IMG/VR virus record: IMGVR_UViG_3300004241_000024
Coordinates: 1 to 39,128 of that record
DNA: 39,128 bases
Strand: one strand, 5' to 3'
Source of the DNA: a virus
Taxonomy: Duplodnaviria > Caudoviricetes
In this document: piece by piece, positions 8,217 through 17,471 of the stretch
Layout of the letters: each line of letters begins with the position of its first letter
Position numbering within the stretch: the first letter of the stretch is position 1
Position numbers and translations under genes: made by a program
The notes under the pieces: generated by a model
What the model was told of the DNA's origin: nothing
The model's input: only the letters and a program-made list of their open reading frames with translations
Database searches by the model: none

Positions 8217-8516
8217 TTACAGCAGAAGGTTGAAGGCAAAAACTACCAATCCTACCAAAACAATCCACCCACAGACCAGGGCAAATCCGGCCACTGCTTT
8301 TGCACCCTCTCGTATAGTTTGACTATTAGGGATTCCGATAGCCTGTCCATCGGCAACCCAACTATCGGCGATCCGGTCAATGGTTGTCTCCACCCCCAGA
8401 AAGATACTGGTGATGGCAGCGATAGCCAGAAAAAACATCTGGCGGAGGATACGGAGAGCGACTGACAACAGCCACCCCAAAGCCACAAACATCAGTCGTA
8501 CCAGGTGCCCAAACAT
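8217..8516 (-). CDS. small membrane protein (99 aa)
   Basis: ATG 8516 with GGAGG SD (MFGHLVRLMFVALGWLL...); 2-3 hydrophobic segments. Confidence 0.7.
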   Translation of the reverse strand: MFGHLVRLMFVALGWLLSVALRILRQMFFLAIAAITSIFLGVETTIDRIADSWVADGQAIGIPNSQTIREGAKAVAGFALVCGWIVLVGLVVFAFNLLL

Positions 8517-8896
8517 ATCCACCTCCCGTCTTCTAAAACTGCAATTAACATCGGATCGTAAGACATGGCTGCTGACAGCAGATAAACCAAACCCAACCCA
8601 ATTCCGATCAGGGGAGCCAACACGATCCCCAGGCCTGTTTTGACAGCCTGAATCGCAGCCTCCTGTTTTTTTGCTTCGATCTCTTTTAGGTCCTCGGCCA
8701 CCAAAAATCCCTGAACCGGAATACCCAGATTGAGAAAATCGATCAGGTTTTTCCGAATTTCGACAGGGACCTGACCGTGGTAGTCTTGAGCTGGTGTCAC
8801 CCACCAACCATCGACACGGCGGGGGGAGTAAATCATGTCTCCCCAGCCAATTTCCTGATACCGCTCTTGGATTTTAAACTCGCATTTTGTTATCAT
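8492..8896 (-). CDS. hypothetical membrane protein
   Basis: SD GAGGAG; one hydrophobic segment; C-terminal YDPMLIAVLEDGRWICLGTWYD. Confidence 0.75.
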   Translation of the reverse strand: MITKCEFKIQERYQEIGWGDMIYSPRRVDGWWVTPAQDYHGQVPVEIRKNLIDFLNLGIPVQGFLVAEDLKEIEAKKQEAAIQAVKTGLGIVLAPLIGIGLGLVYLLSAAMSYDPMLIAVLEDGRWICLGTWYD

Positions 8897-8965
8897 TTTT
8901 TTTACTCCTCGCCTATAATTTATGGGATTACAGGTAACATTTCAACCTCTGTAGGGGATAAAAAG

Positions 8966-9907
8966 ATGTCTGTTTCTTGGGAAGAGAAAAAAAAGAGGGT
9001 AGGCAGGCTAAAAGAGAGGGATAAGCAACTTCTCGATGAACTAATGGCAGATCCTAGGTTTAATCTGGCTCAAACGGCCAAAAATTTGAACCTTGAAGAG
9101 GGTTATGTCAGAAGTATTTTGACGAGAATCTTTAAAGTATTGGGTGTACCAGAAGACGTTGAAGACAAAAGAGGGTATGTTTTCACGGAATATAAAGAGG
9201 TCTACAAGGGGCAACCAGAGGAGATTCCAGAGCCGGTTAAACCACCTGTTTCAATTGTGCCAATCCCACCAAAAAAGAGGGTGGAACCAGAGCCTGAACC
9301 AGAGCCTGAAGTAATCCATATACATCTACCGCCCCCCGAACCAAAACCTGAAGAACCACGTATTTTTGTTACTCCACCTCCGGCCAGAAGATCATCTGGT
9401 GTCGGGACAGTCGTCACTATTTTGATTGTCGCAGTGGTGATTATCGGAATTGTTGCTGTTCTTGGCAGTCAAAACAATCAAAGTAATTCTCCATCTTCAT
9501 TGCCTGTCAGTAAATCAATATTTACTACCAGTAGTAAAATTCTCATGCAATTACATGATATGGGTACGATGACTGATATGTGGTGTAGTGATACGGTTAC
9601 CGATTGCAGTGTTGCAACAGTATTATTGTTTAATAAAAGTAATGACAGAAAATCAATCAGCATTGACAATACTAGGTTTTCTTTGTCTGATAGTAAGGGT
9701 AATTCATACACCGTATTCAGGGTTGGTATCGATCCACTAGATATGAAAGGAACATGGCCGACAACTGCTACGTTAGACATTTCGCAAATGAAAAGTATTC
9801 AAATTTGTTTTTACGGAAAAGATCCAAGGAATGACAACGTTACTTCCCTGATACTGACAATCAGTAATTTTGAGGGTATCAGTATGATTCAATTAATTGA
9901 TGATTAG
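8966..9907 (+). CDS. membrane-anchored HTH protein with Pro/Glu linker and extracytoplasmic beta domain
   Basis: Likely start ATG 8966. LuxR-like LKERDKQLL...AQTAKNLNLEEGYVRSILTRIFKVLGV, PEPEPEPE linker, TM VVTILIVAVVIIGIVAVLG, DUF4352-like FSLSDSKGNSY. Confidence 0.72.
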   Translation: MSVSWEEKKKRVGRLKERDKQLLDELMADPRFNLAQTAKNLNLEEGYVRSILTRIFKVLGVPEDVEDKRGYVFTEYKEVYKGQPEEIPEPVKPPVSIVPIPPKKRVEPEPEPEPEVIHIHLPPPEPKPEEPRIFVTPPPARRSSGVGTVVTILIVAVVIIGIVAVLGSQNNQSNSPSSLPVSKSIFTTSSKILMQLHDMGTMTDMWCSDTVTDCSVATVLLFNKSNDRKSISIDNTRFSLSDSKGNSYTVFRVGIDPLDMKGTWPTTATLDISQMKSIQICFYGKDPRNDNVTSLILTISNFEGISMIQLIDD

Positions 9908-10091
9908 CAACTGGTTTTCTTTGCAAGGGACAATCAGTACACCCAACTCTTTGCCTGACTTCACCGATAGTCTTGTAAACACGTTCCATTGCTTGTTGCT
10001 GACTTTGGTTGCTTGCTTGAATGTAAGCCCGTCTAATGATCTCTATCGCCTGATAGCAGGGCTGGCAACCATCATGGCTTTCTTTCCCCAT
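9879..10091 (-). CDS. hypothetical CxxC...CxxC protein
   Basis: CQPC and CTDC pairs; overlaps the 3' end of the opposite-strand gene. Confidence 0.45.
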   Translation of the reverse strand: MGKESHDGCQPCYQAIEIIRRAYIQASNQSQQQAMERVYKTIGEVRQRVGCTDCPLQRKPVANHQLIESY

Positions 10092-10199
10092 AATTTGACT
10101 TTTAAACTTAGTTTGTTATATACTGCTAGCAGTAGTAACTAGTAGACTGCTAACCTCTGAAGTAACCACCCTTGACAGTGAGTTTTAAATCAGGGGTTT

Positions 10200-10406
10200 T
10201 TATTTGCCTGCCTGCCATCGGCGGAGCATATCCATCACCCGATTAAGCAAGTAAATAGCAATAGCGGCATATTTCCAATCACTCGGAATTACTCCGACTA
10301 TTGAAGGAATAAGAACTAATAACGTTGGAGTTAAAAACCATAAAGCATTTTTACTCCAAGCGATCAAGTCTGCCTTGTTAAGAGTGAATCTTTTTGAAGG
10401 TTTCAT
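10200..10406 (-). CDS. putative holin
   Basis: 68 aa with two hydrophobic segments; ATGA-coupled to the endolysin. Confidence 0.6.
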   Translation of the reverse strand: MKPSKRFTLNKADLIAWSKNALWFLTPTLLVLIPSIVGVIPSDWKYAAIAIYLLNRVMDMLRRWQAGK

Positions 10407-11146
10407 TTTGATTTTTTAATTAATAATTCAATTCCTAATTTAAGATGATCCCAAGCGGTCAGATTCGTAGCCTGTAATAATTCTGCATTAATTCTTTTCA
10501 AATCAGCGTTAGCAATCAAGGCACTATTCTGCCAGCCAACAGCTGTTCGGCGTTCTTGTTCGTATTTTTCGGTCATAGCTTTGAGCTTCTCTAGGTTATC
10601 GTAAGCCAGCTTCTCCAGATCGGATAGCTTTTTGTCAACATTATCGGTTATGTAACCGTAACCCTGTCGGACTTGGCCCTCGGTGATTTTATTCTCTCTT
10701 ATAAATTTGAGTATCTGTTGTTCTGCTTCGGTCATATTGTCTTGAACTGGTAACTTTGGTCTAAGCCATCCTAACACGTTTGAATAGGTGTGTCCCTGAA
10801 CATGACATGGACTGCTTAGAGGATAATTTTGATCGAATGATCTAAAAGAAGATGTGGCCCCTTCGAGAAAGATGGCGATATGCCCAGCTCCACCGCCTAC
10901 CTTATTCGACCAGATAATTATGTCTCCTTCTTTTGGCAAGTCGGTTATCTCGTCATTTGGTATCCAATCCATATCCTTGATCTTGGAGGGAAAGTCGCAG
11001 GCATTTGTCCATTCAACAATCAGATGAGAGCAAACCTCTCGAAGGTAGAGGTTAGCAAGGTCGACACATTGATTGATTGCATTTGCTGATCCGGCAACTT
11101 CGACATATTCTCCATTTTTAATTTCAATCAACTCCTGTAATGTCAT
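10403..11146 (-). CDS. CHAP-domain endolysin with C-terminal coiled coil
   Basis: QCVDL (catalytic Cys), PKEGDIIIW, GHIAIF (His), FDQNY, VLGWLRPK. Confidence 0.9.
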   Translation of the reverse strand: MTLQELIEIKNGEYVEVAGSANAINQCVDLANLYLREVCSHLIVEWTNACDFPSKIKDMDWIPNDEITDLPKEGDIIIWSNKVGGGAGHIAIFLEGATSSFRSFDQNYPLSSPCHVQGHTYSNVLGWLRPKLPVQDNMTEAEQQILKFIRENKITEGQVRQGYGYITDNVDKKLSDLEKLAYDNLEKLKAMTEKYEQERRTAVGWQNSALIANADLKRINAELLQATNLTAWDHLKLGIELLIKKSK

Positions 11147-11220
11147 TTAATAAACAAACCTATAAATAGGATTGCTGTAACTAGAGCCACACATCGGACA
11201 ATAAAATCTCGTAAAGTCAT
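11143..11220 (-). CDS. 25-aa single-TM mini-protein (not in ORF track)
   Basis: MTLRDFIVRCVALVTAILFIGLFIK*; ATGA overlaps at both ends fill the gap exactly. Confidence 0.6.
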   Translation of the reverse strand: MTLRDFIVRCVALVTAILFIGLFIK

Positions 11221-11465
11221 CGGGGGGTAAGTTTAAAATAACCTGTAATTAGATCAAGACTTTTCTGCATGCCATTGAGTTGTACTGCCTGTTCGTTTTG
11301 CTGATGAATATGGTCTTTAATAAAATCTTGAAACGATTGCCCTTGTTCTTCTAAAGCTGATACACGGATATTGAGAGAGACTAAAAAAGTTATCAGAGAT
11401 ATTAAAACCATGAGGATTGATAATGCCCAAGTAATTTGCTTTTGTAAAAATTCAAGGAATTTCAT
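11217..11465 (-). CDS. membrane protein (holin-like, TM plus coiled coil)
   Basis: N-terminal TM then RVSALEE coiled coil; first gene of the lysis cassette. Confidence 0.6.
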   Translation of the reverse strand: MKFLEFLQKQITWALSILMVLISLITFLVSLNIRVSALEEQGQSFQDFIKDHIHQQNEQAVQLNGMQKSLDLITGYFKLTPR

Positions 11466-12103
11466 AATTCTCCAAATCTTCCTAATGAATATTGTTTTCT
11501 AAACCAATCTGCCGGTTTAACTAAATTTGAGAACACAAACTCGTCTGTAAAACCCTTATGCCAAGGAGCACCTAAATTATAAGAACCAAAAGCTCCTTTG
11601 TTTGTTTCTGCATAAGTTATATTCCCAGTTTTAGAAGCTGAATTTGCCAAAACACCGTTTACATAAAAAGAAAAAGTGCTTCCGTTATAAGTCATCCCTA
11701 AAAATATGTCTTCCCCAGCAGTAGATGCCACAGAGTTTGGAAGATCACTAAAACCAGAGACTGTATTTAATGCTCCATGAGCTTTGCCGTCTGTATAAAA
11801 ATAAAAGAGAAATCCATTTCCACTGTCTGATGACAAAACAAATCTTTGAGTAACAAAATCTGTGCAACTTACCCACCCAGAAATTGTAAGAGAAGTCGTA
11901 AACCCTATTAATCCTGCCGGCAAAACTATTTTACTGCTTGTGCCATTAAATCCAGCCCCAAGGTTAAACTTTCCGTTTGCTTGAGAATAAGTTATGTCTG
12001 TATCTGTTCCATTATTACTACTCCCACTTGAATCATTAGAATTATTTTCAAAATGAAACAACCCAATAACTCCTGTCTGTGGTCTTATTTCTCCAAGTGA
12101 CAT
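11462..12103 (-). CDS. LamG/concanavalin A-like domain virion protein
   Basis: FHFENNSNDSSG, GKFNLGAGFNG, TISGWV, TYNGSTFSFYVNG, GFTDEF. Confidence 0.85.
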   Translation of the reverse strand: MSLGEIRPQTGVIGLFHFENNSNDSSGSSNNGTDTDITYSQANGKFNLGAGFNGTSSKIVLPAGLIGFTTSLTISGWVSCTDFVTQRFVLSSDSGNGFLFYFYTDGKAHGALNTVSGFSDLPNSVASTAGEDIFLGMTYNGSTFSFYVNGVLANSASKTGNITYAETNKGAFGSYNLGAPWHKGFTDEFVFSNLVKPADWFRKQYSLGRFGEL

Positions 12104-12104
12104 A

Positions 12105-13109
12105 TTACGTTCTTGTTACCCATGTACTAGGTACTTTATAAACATAAACATATCCATCAACTTGCGGAACAGTGGTTGTCGAGTCGATATCTACCGTCAT
12201 CTCTTTCCCTTCTACAATTAGCGTAGTCGGTGACGAGGATGAAACCATTGCTCCAGCAATTTCATCGTCCTCTAACCTAAGTTTAGTAGTAAACGTAGTT
12301 GTTCCGTCTATGTTTACATCTGCATAAGTATCACCAGTGGAACCAGCAGTTCCAGCACATAACCTACCAGCAATAACATAGAAAAGCTCGCTTTCATCTG
12401 CCTGGCCAGTAAAATAAGTTTTAGACACATTTGTACCAGCTGATAATGTCCCAGCAATTATAAAAACTTCTTTTTCAACCGTTAGCAAACATTTTTTGAA
12501 TGTTTTGTCACCACTGGCTACAACCGACCCTCTTACAGATAAAATAGTGTCGCTGCCACTCATCCATTTCCCAACAACCATCCCCAACTTAAAAACATCA
12601 GCCGACGATAACCACTTAATTATTGTTCCAAATCCATATTCATCCGTAACATCTACGCCAGATATTATTATTTCACTGGCAGAATTATAAGCCCCTGAAA
12701 AAGATGTCCAGAATGATGTGACCTTCCCATCCACATAGGTCTTAACTGCTTTTTGGGAAGCTACTTTTGTATCTGAATTAGTAGCTAATGTTCCATCAGT
12801 ATCTAAATAGGAGGATGGAATCGAAGTTGCTTTTATTTCAGTGATAGTCTCCCCCCCGTCTTTTAATAGTTTTCCAGTTGTTCCATCGAATACTGCAACT
12901 CTATCGGTTGTTGACGATGCCGGCCCAACCACATCACCCCCACCTGAAGCCAAAAGAGCCCAATATGTTACATTGGGCGGTTCCTGATTAGTATTATTGG
13001 CTATGCAGACGTAAGAACTGCCAATATGGGAAACGAAGTCACCAATAGTATAAGAGGTTGCGGAACTCCACGAACCTTTATTTAGTTCAGAAAATAGTTT
13101 GTCGGCCAT
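12105..13109 (-). CDS. tail fibre-like protein with N-terminal CBM5/12-like motif
   Basis: GSWSSATSYTIGDFVSHIGSSYVC...PP...YW; GDVVGPASSTTDRVAVFDGTTGKLLKD; SQKAVKTYVD. Confidence 0.7.
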   Translation of the reverse strand: MADKLFSELNKGSWSSATSYTIGDFVSHIGSSYVCIANNTNQEPPNVTYWALLASGGGDVVGPASSTTDRVAVFDGTTGKLLKDGGETITEIKATSIPSSYLDTDGTLATNSDTKVASQKAVKTYVDGKVTSFWTSFSGAYNSASEIIISGVDVTDEYGFGTIIKWLSSADVFKLGMVVGKWMSGSDTILSVRGSVVASGDKTFKKCLLTVEKEVFIIAGTLSAGTNVSKTYFTGQADESELFYVIAGRLCAGTAGSTGDTYADVNIDGTTTFTTKLRLEDDEIAGAMVSSSSPTTLIVEGKEMTVDIDSTTTVPQVDGYVYVYKVPSTWVTRT

Positions 13110-13151
13110 AAGCGTTATAAATACAACGCTTTAAATAATTGTAACAAATAA

Positions 13152-16100
13152 TTAATCGACTAGTATTTTTACTTTTCTAGTCCACTCATCCCCTGTTTTT
13201 TGTCCAACGCTTGTCCAAAGACTTGTTTCCTCCTTATATACCAGTACCAGGTACTCGTCTGCGCCGACTAATACCTGTGAACCGTCAGGGGTTAGGATTC
13301 TTTCTGAACTTATAGTGGAAGTTATCTTTCCTTTCATGGTACTGGTGGACGTAACCTTTAGAGGTACATTTTCCCACGGTCTGTTTTCCTCTTGATAGAT
13401 TAAAACCAAGTTTTCACCATCTCCTACTAATACCTGTGAACCGTCCGGGGTCAAAATCCTTCCCCGATCCCTTTCTTGATGAATTTTCTCTTTATAAGTT
13501 GGAGTACTACTGGCATTTTTTGATTTGTCTGTCCATCTTTGCGGGATCGAAAGGATATCGCTGACAGTGGACGAATCAACTACAGAAACTATTAAAGTCG
13601 ATAAATAAATGCTTAGACTTTCGCCGGCTATTGAAGTGTCATAAACGGAAGCATCAAAACCATTCTTCCTAATAGTTATATTTTCAGTAGTGGTGCTGGA
13701 ATCGTTAACCGAGATGTTTAAAATCATCTTCACTGTCGGAACATCAACAATGGTGGTGGAATCAGAGACATTTACATCAAGAGACGTAAAGGGAACATTG
13801 ATCGTAACTACATCTACAACATTGCTACTATCCGTAACCTGGATGGCGACATTATTACCGACGTTGATCGACTCCCCAGCGGAGGTACTATCGGTAACTG
13901 AAATATTACAGATGGGAATTTGACAGGTTGGGATGTCAACGCCTGTACTGGAATCACTAATAACTATTGATTCGTACGGTAGTATGACATTGGGTACGTC
14001 GGTAGCGGTTGAACTATCGCTGATACTTGCGTATAACCTAGGGATAACTACCGTTGGAGTGTCTACCGCTATCGTACTGTCAGAAATACTTATCGTTGGA
14101 TTGGTGGTTCTCCCGGTGGGAGTATCAACTCCAGTGGAACTATCGGAAACAGAAATTCGTGGGTTGGTGGTGGTGCCGGTGGAGGTGTCAACGGCAGTGG
14201 TTGAATCTGATAGAGAAACATACAGTTTTGGCAGTAATATGGTTGGTGAATCAACCGCCGTGGTGACGTCAAGGGTTTGAATAACAATGTTATTGCCGGT
14301 TAGAATCATCTCCCCAACCGATACACTATCCGAGATTGATAGATTATATTTTGATACCTGAGGAGTTGGTACATCTACCGCCGTACTGGAGTCAGAAACG
14401 GAAACGTATGTGGTGGGAACTCTTGAGGTGATTGACTCGCCGACAGTAGACGAATCAGTAACCGATAGATAAATCCGACCGTCAAATGATGGTTGATCTA
14501 TTGCAGTAGAAGAATCAGAAACATTAACGTTATATCTGGTTTGATAGACGGTGATGACATCAACTGGAGTAGAGGAGTCGGAAACCGAGAGGCGAATTAA
14601 ACCCGAAAAGGCAATATTCTCACTAGCAGTGGTGGAATCTGAAACATTAATGTTAGGGTTGGTAACTCGTCCAGTTGGAGTATCTACGGCTGTTGACGAA
14701 TCGTAAATATTGATCCGTGGATTTGAAACACTTCCGGTGGGTAAATCCACCCCGGTACTACTATCTGAAACACTGATATAGAGTTTTGGTAGTAATACGG
14801 TTGGTACATCGGTTACAGTAGAGGAATCAAATGTCTGAATCTGTACATCACTTCCCGTGTTTACCATCTCCCCAACAGAGGTACTTTCGGAAATTGATAG
14901 GTTGTATTTAGAAACCTGGGCGGTGGCAACGTCGGTGGCGGTTGAAGAATCACTGACATTGATATAAGTGACGGGAACCCGAGAGGTGATTAGTTCTCCA
15001 ACAGTTGAAGACTCCGATACTGATAAATATATTTGTCCGTTGAATGAAGGTACGTCTACACCAGTTGAGGAATCGGAAACTACGGCATTATATTTGTTCT
15101 GGTAAATGGTTACTACATCCACGGCAGTAGTGGACTCAATTACAGACAGATAGATATTCCCTTTAAAACTAGGTACGTCTACTGCGGTACTGCTATCCGT
15201 TACTGTAAGGTAAGTGTTTCCCCCGAAGCCAGGAACGTCTACACCCGTAGTGGAGTCAGAGACGTTTATATTCAAATCAGTTACGGTTGTAGTTGTTCCG
15301 ACAGTTGGGGTGTCAACACCCGTACTCGAATCACTAACATTTATAGACGGATTGCTGATCGTTGAAGTGGGGGTATCAACAGCAGTTGTAAAATCAGAAA
15401 CATTGACTGCTAGGTAAGGTTTGAAAAGTGTTGGCGTGTCCACGCCTGTCGTGCTGTCAGAAACATTTATATATTTGTAGGGAACTAAAACTGTGGGGAT
15501 GTCTACTCCCGTTGAAGAATCGCTGACTGAAAAATATATCCTACCTGTAAATGAGATGTTTTCAGTAGCGGTAGAACTATCAGAAACGTTGATACTTGGG
15601 TTGGTAATTCTACTTGTAATGTTTTCGGAAATAGTTGACGAATCGGAAATACTTATAGATGGGTTGGTAATCCCTAAAGTTGGGGTATCAACTGCGGTAC
15701 TACTGTCCGTTATGCTTATGCTTATCGGACCTTCGACTCTACTTAAAGTCGGAACATCAACTGCGGTACTGGAATCTGATACGATGGGTTTTAAGATAGG
15801 AATTAGTACAGTGGGTACGTCAACCGCAGTACAAGAATCCGAAACGGAAATATTCTGGCTGGTCTTGTAGATAGTAATGCTTTCGGTAGCAGTTGAAGAA
15901 TCGGCAGTCGGTAAAACATTACGATTACTAAGGGAGACTGAAACTGATTCAGTGGCCGTAGAGGAATCTGAAATATTGATGGAAGGATTGCTTCCACCTG
16001 CCGTTACCGTAAAACTTCTGGTTGTAGCCCACGCTCCCCAAGTATTACCTCCAGACGGGTCCCTGGCTCTTACTCTCCAGTAGTAAGTATCAGTGTCTAA

Positions 16101-17438
16101 AGCAGTTTGGACGGTATAAGTAACCGTTTCTGCTGAAGTGAAGGGGTGAGTATCTCCAGTTCTAGTAAACCCTGTATCATAATCAGAAAAAGCGTTAATT
16201 AAGGGTATTTCAGAAATATAGTTATCATAGGTAACACTAGAATAATTATAGTAACACTTGACACCTGTCTGGAGAGTTCCCATTGCCGGACTAGTAATTA
16301 GGTAGTTAATATATTCCGTACCATCCATATAAATATGTACCCTAATACCCGTACCTTCTGGGTAATACCACAAACGGAAAGTGTGAGTGATGAGATAGTT
16401 GAAAGAAACAGCAGTACTGGACAAGAAGGTATAATTTACCCCCATATCCGCTCCGTCATAGTAAGCCAGACGGATATATTGAGCGTCACCATGCATTGAG
16501 GCTAGATAGAACTTGTAGGTAGCCCCCGTATCGTAACCGAAGACCACGCCCGTAAAGTTCATGTCAGGTTTTATTGTCCAGGTAATATCCCCAGCCCTAC
16601 CGTTGTAGTTCTCGCTACCATTTCTGGTTGCTATGGCATGACTATTGACATTGTGAGCAAATGCTCCCGAATAAATCGCCCAAGTGCTAGTTACACTAGT
16701 CCAGCCAGTTAATGCTGCACTAAAATCATTAGTTTCTTGGAATGTATTATCAGTAGAAATTTGGATATTATATTCAATGTCATCACTTTGAGGATCTGTG
16801 CCTGTAAAAGTTAAAGCAGGTGTAGTATCGGAGTCGGAACTAGCATCGGCAGGAGTATTAAGGGCAACTGTTGGTTCATTACTAACTCTGACAACTGTCG
16901 GGACATCAGCCACCGTAGAAGAGTCAGACACGCTGGGAACTGGACCTGTCCATACATTCGGTACTTCCATTTCTGCCCAAGAGATACCTAAAGCTCTTTG
17001 AGCAGCCGCACTACCACCTGAATCCGTACCATTAAACCTAAGTCTTAAATCGGTATAGTCGGTAATATTAGCTGCTTCCGCTTCGGATAGGGTCAAAGTG
17101 TAAGTTGTCCAACTGGCAGTAGTGGTTTTTTGCGTATCGGACTTGATTAGTGTCGCACCCTGGTAAAGATGAACGGTACAATAAACCACAGCACTAACGC
17201 TGGGCGTGGTTCCGTTTAAGGAAACAATCCTATACCTGAAAGTATGTCCTGTATGTACTCCTGGGTCGGTAGCATCAGAAAGCCTACATTCATAAGTGGT
17301 AGCTTGGTTTTCCGTTCCGTATATGAACTCTGAGCCATAAGGTGTATCTACTGGAGTTGTTTCATCTATAGAAGTGTGGTCTCCCCCTACAACATACGTT
17401 GATGTAATTGTTGCTTCTGGTCTTAAATATTGTGCCAT
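13152..17438 (-). CDS. large Ser/Thr-rich repeat virion protein (fibre/adhesin-like) with an FN3-like domain
   Basis: Roughly 38-40 repeats of about 21 aa (I-S-V-S-D-S-S-T-A-V-D-x-P-T); FN3-like YYWRVRARD...WGAW; lies in the structural operon. Confidence 0.8.
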   Translation of the reverse strand: MAQYLRPEATITSTYVVGGDHTSIDETTPVDTPYGSEFIYGTENQATTYECRLSDATDPGVHTGHTFRYRIVSLNGTTPSVSAVVYCTVHLYQGATLIKSDTQKTTTASWTTYTLTLSEAEAANITDYTDLRLRFNGTDSGGSAAAQRALGISWAEMEVPNVWTGPVPSVSDSSTVADVPTVVRVSNEPTVALNTPADASSDSDTTPALTFTGTDPQSDDIEYNIQISTDNTFQETNDFSAALTGWTSVTSTWAIYSGAFAHNVNSHAIATRNGSENYNGRAGDITWTIKPDMNFTGVVFGYDTGATYKFYLASMHGDAQYIRLAYYDGADMGVNYTFLSSTAVSFNYLITHTFRLWYYPEGTGIRVHIYMDGTEYINYLITSPAMGTLQTGVKCYYNYSSVTYDNYISEIPLINAFSDYDTGFTRTGDTHPFTSAETVTYTVQTALDTDTYYWRVRARDPSGGNTWGAWATTRSFTVTAGGSNPSINISDSSTATESVSVSLSNRNVLPTADSSTATESITIYKTSQNISVSDSCTAVDVPTVLIPILKPIVSDSSTAVDVPTLSRVEGPISISITDSSTAVDTPTLGITNPSISISDSSTISENITSRITNPSINVSDSSTATENISFTGRIYFSVSDSSTGVDIPTVLVPYKYINVSDSTTGVDTPTLFKPYLAVNVSDFTTAVDTPTSTISNPSINVSDSSTGVDTPTVGTTTTVTDLNINVSDSTTGVDVPGFGGNTYLTVTDSSTAVDVPSFKGNIYLSVIESTTAVDVVTIYQNKYNAVVSDSSTGVDVPSFNGQIYLSVSESSTVGELITSRVPVTYINVSDSSTATDVATAQVSKYNLSISESTSVGEMVNTGSDVQIQTFDSSTVTDVPTVLLPKLYISVSDSSTGVDLPTGSVSNPRINIYDSSTAVDTPTGRVTNPNINVSDSTTASENIAFSGLIRLSVSDSSTPVDVITVYQTRYNVNVSDSSTAIDQPSFDGRIYLSVTDSSTVGESITSRVPTTYVSVSDSSTAVDVPTPQVSKYNLSISDSVSVGEMILTGNNIVIQTLDVTTAVDSPTILLPKLYVSLSDSTTAVDTSTGTTTNPRISVSDSSTGVDTPTGRTTNPTISISDSTIAVDTPTVVIPRLYASISDSSTATDVPNVILPYESIVISDSSTGVDIPTCQIPICNISVTDSTSAGESINVGNNVAIQVTDSSNVVDVVTINVPFTSLDVNVSDSTTIVDVPTVKMILNISVNDSSTTTENITIRKNGFDASVYDTSIAGESLSIYLSTLIVSVVDSSTVSDILSIPQRWTDKSKNASSTPTYKEKIHQERDRGRILTPDGSQVLVGDGENLVLIYQEENRPWENVPLKVTSTSTMKGKITSTISSERILTPDGSQVLVGADEYLVLVYKEETSLWTSVGQKTGDEWTRKVKILVD

Positions 17439-17471
17439 TCTAGCTCACATCTATCACGAAAAGGCCGAATG

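Noticed and set aside
8517-8807. N-terminal extension of ORF 8217..8807 (likewise 8777..8965, 22905..22976, 36012..36053)
   Set aside because: These overlap other genes or regulatory DNA, and better internal starts exist.
13690-17001. Plus-strand ORFs antisense to the repeat protein (similar ones lie opposite the capsid, scaffold and ejection genes)
   Set aside because: Shadow ORFs caused by codon bias in the real minus-strand genes.
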